Assembly (NCBI RefSeq): GCF_001194135.2
Contig: NC_068989.1
Location: 35,541,389-35,586,085 of the forward strand
Direction of reading: 5' to 3'
Length of the DNA: 44,697 bases
Origin: Octopus bimaculoides
Lineage: Eukaryota
The notes beneath the pieces were generated by a model, which did not search any database, was not told where the DNA came from, and saw nothing but the letters and a program-made list of their open reading frames with translations. The translations under genes were made by a program, and so were the position numbers. Shown here piece after piece: positions 1-14,969 of this stretch. Position 1 is the first letter of the stretch. Every line of letters begins with the position of its first letter.

Positions 1-111
1 TTTAGATGTTTTATTTTTCAATCACCTTTTGGTTTGAACTTGAGAAAGACAGACGTTCTGTCGAAATGTTGTTCAAAAAATAAAACATCTAAAATCGCGC
101 TCTTCGTTTTG

Positions 112-113
112 AC

Positions 114-143
<30 letters not shown>
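112..143. repeat. (AAT)n microsatellite
   Basis: Direct inspection. Confidence 0.95.
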
Positions 144-144
<1 letters not shown>

Positions 145-206
145 TATAGCTGGATTCATGTTATATGTAAATATCTCTGCTTATATTTAATATTTTTATT
201 ATTTAG

Positions 207-360
207 ACATATGTTGACCAAATTAATGAAGATGTGGTGTGTGTCACAAGGCATAACCCATCAAATCACGAGTCTGTTGTCCTGATTGCTCGCACTTCAT
301 TCAGTTTTCCAAGCGATCCAAGTAATAGAGGCACTCATATTCACACCATTCATTTGCCAG
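207..360 (+). CDS. AGL: AGL exon 1 of window (not in ORF track)
   Basis: tttag|ACA...CCAG|gtaag; [32 protein letters not shown]...HLP; phase 0 to 1. Confidence 0.93.
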
Positions 361-456
361 GTAAGATTTCAAAAAGACAAAAACCCTCTTGCTGATATTT
401 GTTATCAATATTTTGAATGTTTATAATTTGAGATGAGTTGTTGTTAATAGGATCAT

Positions 457-507
<51 letters not shown>

Positions 508-3500
508 TGTCATAATTAACATCCATCTTCCAGTCTAACATGGATTGGACAGGTTGATAGGATCCAGAGAGCCAGAAAACTACTTCAAGCTCCAACGTCT
601 GCTTTGACATGGTTTCTACAGTTGGATGCCCTTCCTAATGCCAACCACTTTACAGAATGTACTGGTTTATTTTTCTTTTCATGACACTGGCACTAGTGAG
701 GTCACCAGGCAACTAGCAAGACATCAGGGCTAGACCCAGACAACAGTAAGATTTTCCCATTCTGTGGGGCTAACCCCCTCATCTGGGATGCTACATGCTG
801 TAATGTCTCAAGATACAAGCATGGCCTAGACACTGCAGGCTTCCCTACCCAGCTCGAGCCATTGGGGCTTGACCAAGGGTATGGTAAAAGGCCACTGTGT
901 ATAACAGTTTTCCTGTTCTGTGGCAGTAGGCCCTTTATCTAGGATGCTACATGTTGTATCATGTTCTTTAGTAGCAATTTGGTATGTTCAGCTACCAGCC
1001 CAGGCTCTGCTGCTCATCAGGCTGAGAAAAGCAAACCATCAAAGTATCAGTCACTCTCTGACAGGTTTATGATCAGGCCTGTGGCAGTAGAGACTTCCAG
1101 TGTTCTCAGCCCCTGGACCACATCCCTGCTAAATGCTGTCGGGATGGAGATGGGTGTCTGCAAGTGTGAGCCCTGTCAGTTAGAATGACTGCTCCAGTGC
1201 ATCTCCTTTGCCATCCTTTGGCGCAATGCCCTTTCCATTTTGTCTGTTGGGACCAGGAGGTGGTCTGAATTGCAGGTAATTGTACATTCCACTCCTTAAT
1301 GTAAAGTTAGTCCATATAAATTGCTCCGTTAAATTCTCAAGAGGTGAGTATAAGAGAAAATACAGAGGATTGGGAAAGGTGGGTGAATAAGTTTATTAGA
1401 GACGGGGATGAGAGTGACTGATGGTCACATGGGGTTAGAGGAGAATGTAGTGAGCAATGAACAAGGATAGAGGTGTGGTTGAAAATAAATATCAGTGCAG
1501 GGGAGGAGGGTGAAAGAAATAGAAGTGGTTCAGGAAAGAGAAGGTGATAAGTAGCAATAAAGGAAGGGACAAGGGGCAGCACAATTTGATAAACATCTTC
1601 TTTACAAATGAAATATGTGCTGTTTTTTATATATATATTTACCTGTAAAAAGGGCAAGACCCCTTTTGATCATGAATGACCATGGGATGCACCTAGAAAG
1701 TTTGCCTCTGAGGCACAGGTCTGGGCAAGGCTGTTTATAGAAGACTATCAGTTGCCCATGCATACCAGCCTCCCCTCTCCACACCACTAACGTTATCCAA
1801 GGGAAGGGCAAAGGCCAATAGAGCTTGACACCAGTGATGTCACAACTCATTTCTACAGCTGAGTGAACTGGAGCAATTAAATAAAGGGTCTTGCTGAAGA
1901 ACATAACACAGAGCCTGGTCCAAGAATTGAACTCACTACCTCATGACTGTGAGCTCAACACTGTAACCACTGAGCCTACACTCTATTTTTATAGGTTTAA
2001 TTCTTCTGCATTCAGATTACTCTGTCAAATGTAATACTTATTTACTCACATTGGTTTGAATTAATTATGTGTTAACTCATAGCTTGAATATTTCAATGAT
2101 GTGATTAGTTATTTTTAGAATAACAGTTACATTGTAGGGTGGTTGAGATAGGCCAGATTTGTTTGGTTTGAACATGAAATGAAGTTGAATATTTGGGCTG
2201 GATATGTCTGGTTTAAATGTTAAAAGGGTTAATTTAGAACAATCATAAAGTGTTTTCATTTTGGGTGTGGTATGTTAGCACCAGTACTTTAGAAAATGAA
2301 GTTTACTTCTATGTACACAGCCTGGAATAAGGTACCTACTGAGGATCAGAATTAAAATGGATCAAAATGTAGTTGCCATCATCATCATCATCATCATCAC
2401 CACCACCACCATCACCATCACCACCACCACCACCACCACCATCACCACCACCACTTTAATGTCAAAGTTTTTCATGCTTTCATGAGTTGGGCTAAGTTTA
2501 TTGAGGCAGATTTCCTGCAGCTGGATGCCTTTCCTGTTGCCAACCCTCACCTGTTTCCAAGCGAGATAATATTTCCCCATGACCAGACAGGATTTCATAG
2601 CATATTGGAAATGAATGACACTGTTTGCATGACAGTGACATTCATTTACAGCTTTCATGTAATGTCAAGACAAAGAGACACACTCATTCACACACACACA
2701 CACACACACACACGATGGGCTTCTTTCAGTTTCCATCTACCAAACCCATTCACAAAACTTTAGTCAGCTCAGGGCTATAGCAGTTGCCCAATATATCACA
2801 TAGTGAGACTGAACCCAAAACCATGTGGTTGGGAAGCAAACTAATTAATGTGCTTCTGTAAATATAAGAAAGCTTTAATTCCCAAAGGACCAAAATCTTT
2901 TGTTTAACCATGATTCACTTTAATGGGATTCTGAAGTATAGTTGCATTCTTACCTTTAGTTTAAAACCTAAATTTTTATTTAAAACTCCTTTCAGTTTTG
3001 CTTATCTCATGAGATTGTGTGCTGGAATGAAAACAATTGCAGCGTGGAAGGTGTTTATAAGCCATTTAAGAAATACACAAAAAACCGTTAGATTCACTTC
3101 AACATTTAAATTTAATTTGCCAAAATATTTTCATCTCTTTGAGACCGCGACCTGTTATATATATAACTGGAGAAGCCTTGTGTCTCCTTTTCAGCAAGAC
3201 ACCTGTTCCTATCACTCTATCATACTTTTACTTCCCTCAGTACTCAGCTGAGCAATTTTGTCTTGCAAATTACTTGGTGACCTCACTAGTGCCTATGCCA
3301 TAAAAAAAGCAACCTGTATACTCTGTAAAGTGATTGGCATTAGGAAGAGCATCCAACCATGGAAACCATGCCAAAACTGACATTAGTGCTTGGCTCATTG
3401 GTTCCAGTTGAACCATCCAAACCATGCCTACATAAAAAATATGGATATAAAGCAATTATGATGATGATAATTTTATTAAATTTTGATTAGACCTCACCCA

Positions 3501-4596
3501 GTCAATCATTACAAGATAGAACCATTTTTTCCCTTATAACAGATAATTTAACTTCTGATATGTGAGGGATATAACCAAAGTCATTGATATCTAATTAAAC
3601 TAACTCTAATTGTATCAAATATTCCTTTGCTAATACACAATTCTGGTTTGATATTTTTTCATCAACAGGTGTTGTGGATGAAGTCATTTTTGAAATGAAA
3701 CTGGTTCACCGAGAAGGCTGTGAGTATCATATGGATCACGAATATATCAACGGTTTACCTGATTATCGACTTAACCTGGTGGAACATATTAAAATCAATT
3801 TCAGTGAAATGATCAAAGTTACAAAATCCGATAAAAACTGCGTTGAAATTAACTTCAAAAACTTCCCACCCAGCAGTGTTATTGCAATTAAGTAAGTTAG
3901 AATTACATTTATCAGTATTTGCAACATACTTATCTGATCATGCTACTGTTGATATGTTGTGGGTTATCTCTGGTTATAAGTTGCTGCCTATATGGTTTAA
4001 AAAATGTTTTATGTTGTGTTGGTAGGCTGTTCATTTATAGATGATAACCTTACACGGTACAATGTCATTTATAGTGTACTGTACACTGTGATGAGTAATA
4101 TTAGATATACAGGAAGGCAGAATCATTAGTATGCCAAGCAAGATGCTTAATGACATTTTGTCAGTCTTTACATTCAGAGTTCAAATTCTGCTGAAGTTGA
4201 CTTTGTTTTTCATTCTTTCAGGATCAATAAAATAGGTACTAGTTGAGCATTGGTGTCGAGATAATCAATTTACTTCCTACCCCAAAATTGCTGGCCTTGT
4301 GCCAAAATTTGAAAGCAATATTAGATGTACAGTAGCGTACACTATACACTATAAAAGGTATAACCAGTTATACAGTATGGTACATTGTACACTGTGCAGT
4401 ATATACTATAACAGGCAATATTAGATATATGGTATTATAAGTACTTTATTATAAATTATAGAAATGCTTCCTAAGTCTATTATTCAGTTATACTGTAAAC
4501 TAAACATGTCTTCTATATTTCTGTCAATGTTATTATTCGTATATGGTCTATAATAATAATATTCTATATCTCTCTCTTTCTTTCTATATATATATA

Positions 4597-4637
<41 letters not shown>

Positions 4638-7600
4638 TGTTTATAATTCACTATATTCAAGATAGTTGGCATATATTTTCTAGCCTTTAATCTTTTGGTC
4701 ATTCCTGTTAATTCTTATGTTTCTGCTGCAATCTTTAACTAATGCTAACTTTGCTTTATGTTCTTATAGAATGTCTCTTCCACCACAAGCGAAAGATTGT
4801 ATTCTCAAAGTAAGAAGTTATCTCAATGAATTTGGCTATTTAATGAGGTCTTACAGTGGACGTTCACTGTTTAATAAAGAACCCAGTAGCTTCCGAGAGA
4901 TTATTGAACACTTGAACTATGATAATCTTAACCGTGTTATGTATCGTGTGGCCCAGGAAGAGGAAAATGATGGACTTGGTATAAGTTCCTATGAAATACC
5001 AAAGTATGGTCATTTAAATTACTGTGGTCTTCAAGGTAATTGGCATTTTCAAATGTTTTCTTTTTTCACATGATTATTAGAAATCAAAACAAAGAGGATT
5101 TGATTTAGTGGGGTGAGGAGTATATCACTAAAACTTTGAAGGATATAATTGTCAAAATAATACAGTTTCACTCTGGGTAAAGACCCCCTTTGGTCATGAA
5201 TGACCATGGGATTGCATCTAGAAAGTTCTCCTCCAAGACTCAAGTCCAGACAAGGTTGTTTAATGAAGACCAGAAATTGCTCATGCATACCAGCCTCCCC
5301 TCTCTGTGCCACTGAAGTTATCCAAGGGAAAAGCAAAGGATGATTCAGCTTGACACCAGTGACGTTGCAACTTATTTCTACAGCTGAGTGAACTGGAGCA
5401 ACATGAATTAAAGTGTTTTGCTCAAGAACACAGCACAGAGCCCAGTCTGGGAATCAAACTCACTACCTCATGATTGTGATGCCAATGCTCTAACCACTGA
5501 GCCATGTACCTTCACTCTATATGTTGTCTATACTACATGTAAATTGTTTTAGATAACATAAATAGACATTATCAGCCCCCTTTGTGCTACTAATTACCTC
5601 CCCCCTGTACTGGAACCATTTCCTTTTAAAATCCATCCCACATTTTCAATATCATCCCTTCCCATTTCATTTTCCAATGATTACTGCTTTCTGTGCCTCC
5701 AGTTTCTCTCCTTTTCTGAGCTACATCTTAGTACTGCTATACCTCATTTTCAACACTCTCATATCCACTATCATTTTTATCACTCTAGCATATCTGCCCT
5801 CACCAACTTTATCCCCCATTCACCATAGGCACCCCTGCATACCACTGACTTCTATCTTTGTCACTGTATATCTCCCTCTCTCCCTCATTCTCTCAGCCCA
5901 CATATTATCTCCCTGTTTTCTGATCTGTCTGCAGGCTTATTATACTGCTGCTCTCCACTCTTCTTGTACTACTCCTTATCAACTCATTCCTGAACCATTC
6001 CTATTTCTTTCACTTTTATCCCCAAAATGATATTTACCATCAAATACACCTCCACTCTTGTTCATCATTCACTACATTCACCTCTACCTCATCTCTAATA
6101 GTCTGTCATTCTCCTCTCATAATATTATGCATTTACCCATCTACTCTTCTCAACCCTCTATCCATATTTTCTCTTATACCTACCTTCCTTGACAGTATAC
6201 TCTGATACCTTGCCACCAGTTACTCCCACCTACTCTTATATAATGCAGGACAGCCATATATCTCCTCTACAGCAAGGCACCTGCACCTGTCTATTATACT
6301 TTAACCTCTCACAACATGGTGTAAAGCTATCCCTTTCTCTACAAAACCCACTTAGTCAAGGAGTCTTATGTAGAGGAAAATTTATCACTTCTCCACATCA
6401 AGGTCATATTGAAAAAATAGATGCCAATGGAGGACAAAAAACAGTAATTTATCTTTCTGTTAAATAGTTTTGCATTCCTTTTTTATAGGTGTAGGTGTGC
6501 ACAGGTACAGATGTGGCTATGTGATTAAGAAGCTTGCTTTCCATCCATATAATTTTTTGTTCAGCCCCACTGCATGACATACTGGGAATGTGTCTTCAAC
6601 TATAGACCCAGGCTTATCAAATCTATATGAGTGAATTTGCTAGAATGGAAATTGAAAAAGCCCATCATGTATATATACATACACAAACAGTAGATTTTAA
6701 AAAGAAAACAACATCCAGGAAGGAATAGACTTAAAAGTGATTATTTTCCTACTCTTACTAAAGGCTTCATCATTATACTAAAGGTTTCCATTAAAAGCAT
6801 GCTGCTAAATAACTTCAAATCTATTTCTGTCTATTCTGAAATTTCTGTCCTCTCCACATAGTGCACATTTTACTAAATATGGTGACTGTGACTTCAAAGT
6901 TTCACAGACAACACCTCAGATAAGCTGTTGCCACGAAAACTTTACAGTCACACTCATCCTAGACTCTAGTCATGTTTTCAGTGAATGTTACTTGCTATTT
7001 ATAATTTAATGTTTAAAACACTAAATATAGTGAACAGTCTAAGTCAGGTCAGAGATCTTATCACAGGCTGATGAGACCTACTACTGATATCATATAAACC
7101 AATATTACCTGTTCCATGGTAAAGTGGTTGGTGACGAAATCAGTTTCCTCCACTTGAGTAGCTTGTTACTCTTATGAAGAGAGTACCTGGACACCCAAAA
7201 GGACTAAAAATAAGACCTGTTGAATGAGTTTCTTGTGGGCCAATGGGCCATCCAATTGGGGAAAGCAATGGCAAACCACCACAATATCTTTACCAAGAAG
7301 ACACTATGAGAAAGAACAATGTATTACTTCATTCCCAGAATATAGAATCTATTTCCATATGTGTACTGCCTTAATACATCACAAAATATCTACAATTGGT
7401 TTAACTCAAAGGCGTTTTAGCTAGTTGTTCCATAACAAACCCACTTGACCATTAAATTCCAACAACACATCAGGAGGTTTCACCAATTCATATATCTTGG
7501 CAGGAAGTATAAGAATTCAGGTTTTGCTATCTAGCATCATTCTTATCAGCGACCTGCCATTAACCCTTTAGTATTTAAACTCATCCTATTTGGCTTAAAT

Positions 7601-9550
7601 ATTCTACTTGTTATTATGCTCAAACCAGCCAGATCTGACCTCTCGCACCTACCCTGCAATGTCATTCTAAAATAAACAGTCACAGCATTGAAATCTTAAA
7701 GCTATGAGATAATGCACAATTAATTCAAAATAATGTGAGTAAATAGGCATTATATTTAACAGAGTAATCTGAATGTTAATGGATTAATGAGTGAGGTACC
7801 CAGATAAAATGCTTCTATTAAATGTGACTGTATGAGGTGGTTGGCATTAGGAAGGGTATCCAGCCTAAAAACCATGCTAAAACAGACAATGAAGTCTGGT
7901 GCAGTCTGCCGCCTAGCCAGCTCCTTGTCAAACTGTCTAACTCATACCAGCATGGAAAACAAATATTAAATAATGATGACAAAACTAGTTGCAGGGCTAA
8001 CCTTTAGGCCAGCAATTTAACATTATTACCATTTCTTCCATCTTTAGGCAGAGGGAATGTGCTTTTATTTGTCTACAGTGTCATCATTAGTATTCTGTTA
8101 CTCATAAACCCCTTCATCACTGATTCCTCCCACCCCCACCCCCACACAAACTTCTTACCTGCCATTCACTATATCCACCCCTAAAACCTGCTCAGTCCCT
8201 ACCATTATCACCTACTCTTTCCTACCTCCCCTACTTATCATCTCTGGACACCTGTTCTTCATTCATTATATTCAGTACCTCAACTCATTCCCCATCTCTC
8301 ACACTCTCATACACTGTTGCATCCTCCATCCATCTACACTCCTGGTTCTTCTACCTCCATTCACTTCTGCTCAACTTGTACCTTGAGGGTCCACACGTAC
8401 ACATTACTGTTGCTGTTATTGCTTCCCCACCCCACTCTTCTCTGAACCCCCCCACTCCACCTTGATCAACACTACCCTTTCTTCTAAAATAAATGTAAAT
8501 AGCCTGTTCTGCTGTGGCCCCTTTTCTCATACTTCTATCCCTCTCCATCACAACAGAGATGGCTTTAATCTTGAGAAACTGCCTCTATTGGAATATGTTG
8601 TCTCTCAAGCTGCTCAGTGACCTCACTAGTACTGGTGTTGTGAAAAAAGCATCCAGTATACATTTTAAAGTGGTTGGTGTTAGGAAGAGCATCTAGCTGT
8701 AGAAACCATGCCAAAGAAGACAGCGGAGCATGATGCAGTGCTTGGACAGTCAGATCCTAGTAAATTGTCCTGTCCTTGCTAGCATGTAACAAGGACAATA
8801 AATGATGATGATGATAATGCTGATGGTGATGATTTCTTTCATCACAATTTCTGTGTCCCAGTAACTATATATAAAAAGGAAAACAATGTGTCTTTTTTGA
8901 AGAATGCTGACTGATTACATTACATTTTCAATAGGTATTGCAGAACTTCTTGACAAGGTTCGTACTAACAATGACCTTGGACATCCTCTATGTGACAACC
9001 TCAGAGAAGGGGACTGGTTCTGTGATTACATTGTGAAACGGCTGGAAGTACATGATGGCACTAAATTGGTATGTCATTTATCATTCTCATAATAAATAGA
9101 TATATTTAAAATAACTTGTATTTTTTTTTTATTTTGAATGGGTTTTCATTTCATTTGCTTTATTTTATTTTATTGTTTTTTTTCTTGTTTGTTTGTTCTT
9201 TTGTTTCAGCTTGGTGAATGGTTTGGAAGGGTCTTTGCCCAATTGAAAATGATGCCTCGTTACCTGATTCCAAGTTATTTTGATGCTATTGTTTCTGGAG
9301 CATTTATTCTTATCCAAGATCATGCTTTGGAACTAATGTCACCGTGAGTTTATATATATATATGTATATATATATATATTTTGCCTTTCCTCTAGTAACA
9401 ACTTTTTTTCCATGTAAGCATTGATATTGAAATTAAATAAAATGAAAACAAATAAATAAATAGATGTACTCGTAGTTTCTGACACTTGTGCTAAGCCCAA
9501 TACTTTTTGGGTGAAGTTGTAACTATTTTCTGCTAGGTATTTTGACAAGT

Positions 9551-9598
<48 letters not shown>

Positions 9599-10855
9599 GT
9601 TGTTTAACATTTGTTTTCTACGTTGGTATGGTTTGGATGGTTTGACAGGAACTGGCCAGCTGGAGATCTGTCCAGGTTCCAATTGTCTGTTTTGGCATGT
9701 TTTCTATGGCTGGATGCCCTTCATAACACCAACCACTATACAGAGTGTGCTTGGTGCTTTTTACGTGCTACTGACACCAGTACTTTTATGTGACACTGGC
9801 ATGAGTGCTTTTTAGGTGGCTTTAATCTCATAACTTTAGAATTGTCAGTAGTCCAGGGAGAAGGCACAACATCCAGGGGTATACAATGTCAGTAGAAGAC
9901 TTATAATTTCATAATTCTCTCAGTGGTTCTCTACAGTGCTTTGGAAAATACTCTAAACATTTCTTGCATTTAACTTGACAGAAAAGTGACTAAAGACTGA
10001 GACCAAGATTTTCTGGAGACTATCTAAGAAAGAAATGCAAACCAGAATCTGGGGGAACTAGTGGTTGTCTATATTTTATCTATTTTTATCTTCAATCTTT
10101 GACTTCTTTCAATCATTGGACTGCAACCATGCTGGAGCACCACCTTGATAGATTTAGTTGAACAAATCAACCCCGGTACTTACTTTTTTTTTGTTTGATA
10201 CTTATTTTACCAATCTTTTTTGCTAAATTGCTAAGTTATAAGGACATAAACAAACCAACCTGGCTGTCATGCAGTGAGGAGTGTAGTAGTGGGGACAGAG
10301 GCGCATACACACACATGCACACATACTCATACATACCAGTGATGTGCACTCCAGCCATGCATTGCATGGCCATTTATCTTTTATACAACTCAAAACTAAA
10401 TTTAAGATGGTAATTTATCTGTAACTATGTCCAAGAAGTTATCAAAATCATTGAAAATGAAACTAAGTAGTTAATTTGTTTCTACTTAGAAGAAGATGGT
10501 CAGATGCAATACAAATATAGCATTACCTGGATTATTAAAAACAGCTCCACTTGATCTTACTTCTCATTCCATTAAAAATAGCTTTGAAGTCATGCAATGT
10601 TAAAAATGCATGAAAGTTCTTGTCTTTGGTCTCCTTTTTCTATCTGTTAATACATCTTTCTATGCTTTGTCAGTTGTTTTGTAATTGGTGCTGCTAAAGA
10701 CTAACCACATCGTTCAATGGATTTCACCATTTGATCTCAGTCAAAGGCACTAATACAGCCCTTTCAAAATTCTTTATCTGGCAGATCAGTTCTCTCATTC
10801 AGAGTACTAGGACCTAATTTTCGCCAACAGAACGCGCACGCGCGTGCGCATGCTT

Positions 10856-10905
<50 letters not shown>

Positions 10906-13900
10906 CTTTTATAAAATCCTTTGAATTTACAAAATATTAGTCCAGCTAACTGAAATGTGTGAAGTTCTAACAAGAAATGTATTTAATAATTTCAGATTAA
11001 TCAATATGAAAGGAAAAAATGGTGAAATGAAAGTGCTATGCTAAATAAATTATTCTGGTTGCTAAGCTTGTTATTTAGTTTAGAAAAAAACTGTTTGGAG
11101 ATATAAAAGTTAGGATGATTTAAATAATCTACATATGGCCATGCTAAAACATGAACATTCCCAAAGACATAAAATCTTTGATAGATCTTAAAACATTTGA
11201 GAATGTTCAGAGAGACTTGCAATTGGATGCATATGTAAAACAGAGCATACAACAACAAAATGAAGTTAGATGAAATAGATCCATTCTGCGGTGATTGATG
11301 CAGTTATTTTTTTCGGTCGCCAGGAATTATCATTTCAGGTTCATTTTGAATCTAAAGAATCCAATAACTGCGGAAATTATAAAGAATTCTTATATTTAAT
11401 CTATATTAATAAATGTGAAATTCTGTCTGTCCACCTGCCATCTCTGTATCTCAGTCTATATTTGCTCTATGTAGACATGTTATACCCTTTTGGAATCAGG
11501 ATGTTCCTGGGATTGAAAATCTTCCCTTCATTTGGTTCTTGAACATCCAGCATTGGGATCTGATTTAAAAGCATTTGAGTTGTTATTTCTAGCAGGTAAA
11601 GCTTGGCTGATTCATGCCACCTTGGTTGGCATTTGTCAGATGATGTCAGAGATCAAGAAGATAATTTTATGTTGAGATAAGAACTTTGGGACAAATTGGC
11701 CAACAGTTGGAATTCAACTTGGGACTGGAACAATAGAATGATTGCATTACAGAATTAATTCTCTGTCCTTAACCTCTGACCAAACACCACCGGGGTATAT
11801 AGTCATTATGGGCGTATTATAGTCATGCTATTTAGCTCTCTTTAGTTTTGGGCCACAGGTCCAATTAACCCTCTATAGGAACTGGCTTAAAAGTTAGCTT
11901 TTGTTTTCTCAAGTTTGTCAAGCAGAATTCAAAATGACTTAATTGATGCAGTTCAAAAAGTTATATTGGATGAAATAGAAAATGAATTGAAGCAGGTTAA
12001 ATTTGCAGCTATTTTTGTAAGTGAAACGTCCGATGTATCAAAATATTCACAACTGTCAACTGTTTTACATTATTTTACAAAAAAATTGTTATTAAAGAAC
12101 GATTTATCAGTTTTAATGATTTTAGTGCAGATTGTTCAGCAAATACTTTATCTGAACATATTTTAAAATCTATTGAAACGTGGAAATGTGGAAACAAATT
12201 AATTACACAAACCTATGATGGTGTCGCTACAATGGCAGGACAATTAAGTGGGTTACAGTCAAAGGTAAGAGAGAAATATGAATGTGTGATCTTTGTTCAT
12301 TGTTGTGCTCATGACCTAAATTTAGTTCTTTCACAAGCATGCACAAGATTGCAAGATATTTTTTCTACAGTAAGTGAACTGGGTATATTTATTACAAAAT
12401 CACCTAAAAGAGCTAATGTGTTAGATAACATAGTTAAGAAAGATTTCCCAAAGTTACAGGAACTAGATGGAACTATTCCTTATATCTTGTTCTTACTATA
12501 AAAGAAATTTGTAATTTCATAATCAGCCTTTTTGAAGACATCATTGAGAATCCTGAAGTATATATTCTACTGTTGGATTCTTAGATAATTTAAAAGCTCC
12601 CAATTGCTTATTTTTATTAGAAGTATTTAGTGACACATTTTCTTTCACTGATGTCTTATTTAACATCCTTCAGACTAAAAGCCCTGACATAGTGTATTGC
12701 AAAGAACAAATAGATAAAAATACTCAAAAATAAACTCAATGATTTTTCAATATTTTATGATATATTAGGGGGAAATATGGAATTGATGCAACAATTAAAA
12801 TTAAGAGATTTAGGAAAACATCTATTGATCTCCAACAATATTGTAGAATGCTCTATAACAAATTATTGACACAATGGTTGACCAACTAAAAATGAATTCG
12901 TAGAACTTTTCAATTTCAGCAAAATTGAAGAATATTACAAAAAATTTCCAGTGGATGTTTTAAATTCTTTGAAAACCACTTATGATAGTTATTTTGATAT
13001 AATATGATTACAGAGAGAACTAAATGTTATGTATTCTATGCAAGATTTTAAAAGCAAAGTGTGAGTAATTTAATGCATTACGTTTACATCAGTGATCTGA
13101 TTGAAGTTATGCCAGAACTCTTCAATCTTTGCAACCATATTTTGACAATTCCATCTACAACTGCCTCTGTAGAGTGGTCCTTTTCTGCATTGAAGAGAAT
13201 CAAAGTTTACCAAAGAAATACAACAGGAGAGAAAAGACTTTCAGGGTTGGCTCTTATGTCAATTGAAAAAGATTTACTCCAACAACTGATTAAAACAGAA
13301 AATTTTTAAGAGAATGTAATAAATACATTCACCCTGAAAGATCGAAGAAGTGAATTAATTTATAAATGAGGTGTGTAAATAATTTTTTGTACATCTTTTT
13401 TAAACTTTAAACGCATTAAAACAGCAACCCCCATGACCATGTTGTAAAATTAATTTGGTTCTCTTAATTAAACAATTTAAAAATTGAATCAGCTCAGCCA
13501 ATAAGTATGAGGGTGAGCTGAAAAGTTCATAGGATGGCTATGAAGGAGGGACGCCAGAAATCTTACGTGCATTTATTTCCAATCTACATATTGATAACTG
13601 CATTGTTTCCTTTCAGGCAAACTGACATCTGACTGTTTAAAGAAGATTTTAAAAGTAACTTCTCTCAAAAATAGATAAAATGTGGCATCATGGTATTATC
13701 ATGTACCTTCAAGAAAAGGCATTAGCCCACAAGGACATTCACACTGACATAGTTGCTACATTACAGGATAACGTTCCCACTTTATCAACAATGCAAAAGT
13801 GGGCAGCTAAATTTAGGAGAGGAAGGGAGTCTTGAAGATGACCCAATGTCTGGACGTCCTACAACTGATGAATAACAGGTGATTGACTATAAATCAAATA

Positions 13901-14723
13901 GCCAATGTTATTAGCATAACCCGTGAGAGAGTTGAGAATAATCTGCACAACTTGGCATGACGACGGTTTATGCTTGATGGGTGCCATGTTTTCTGACACC
14001 TAATCAAAAGTGCACCAGGCTGATCACATGATGGGAAAATCTGACATTGTTTAAAGCAGATCCAATTAGTCTCCTTGAATGCTAACCTATGATGAGGTGT
14101 GAGGTTCATCACTTTATGTCAAAAATAAAGAGACAATCTTGCAATGGAAACATCCCTCCTCACCTGCTCAAAAGAAAACCAAGGTCCTTTCATCTGCAGG
14201 AAAGGTGTTGGCATCAGTTATTTGGTTTCAAAATGCTTTGTGCTAATTGATTATTTTCAAAAGGGCCACATCATTAATGGAGTGTACTATGCCAACTTGC
14301 TGAGACAGTTAACAATTGCCCAGAAAAACTGGACAATGCTCCAGTACACGTCCTTGGTTTCAATGGCTGCTGTGCATGACTGTAGCTTTGAATTGGTTGA
14401 TCACCCTTCTTATTCTCCTAATTTAGCCTCATCTGACTATCATCTATTCCCCAACATGAAAAACACTTGGCTGGGAACCTATATTGCAGTCATGATGATG
14501 TCATATCTGCAGGTGATGACTTTTTTGACCAACAGGATGAAAGTATCTGCACCAATAAGATCCAATCACTGCAATACCAATGGAATAAATGGTGTGGAGT
14601 GTAAGTGGGGACTATGTTGAAATATAAACCTCATTTGGTTACATTCCATGAAAGTATTTTGGTTATCCTATAAACTTTTCAGCTACCCCTCAAAAGTCAT
14701 TGCATGCCACTGATACATACGTA

Positions 14724-14798
<75 letters not shown>

Positions 14799-14912
14799 NN
14801 NNNNNNNNNNNNNNNNNNNNNNNNNNNNNNNNNNNNNNNNNNNNNNNNNNNNNNNNNNNNNNNNNNNNNNNNNNNNNNNNNNNNNNNNNNNNNNNNNNNT
14901 ATATATATATAT

Positions 14913-14969
<57 letters not shown>

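Noticed and set aside
752-960. Tandem intronic snoRNAs
   Set aside because: The 156-nt duplication translates as part of an RLE endonuclease remnant; no C/D or H/ACA layout was seen.
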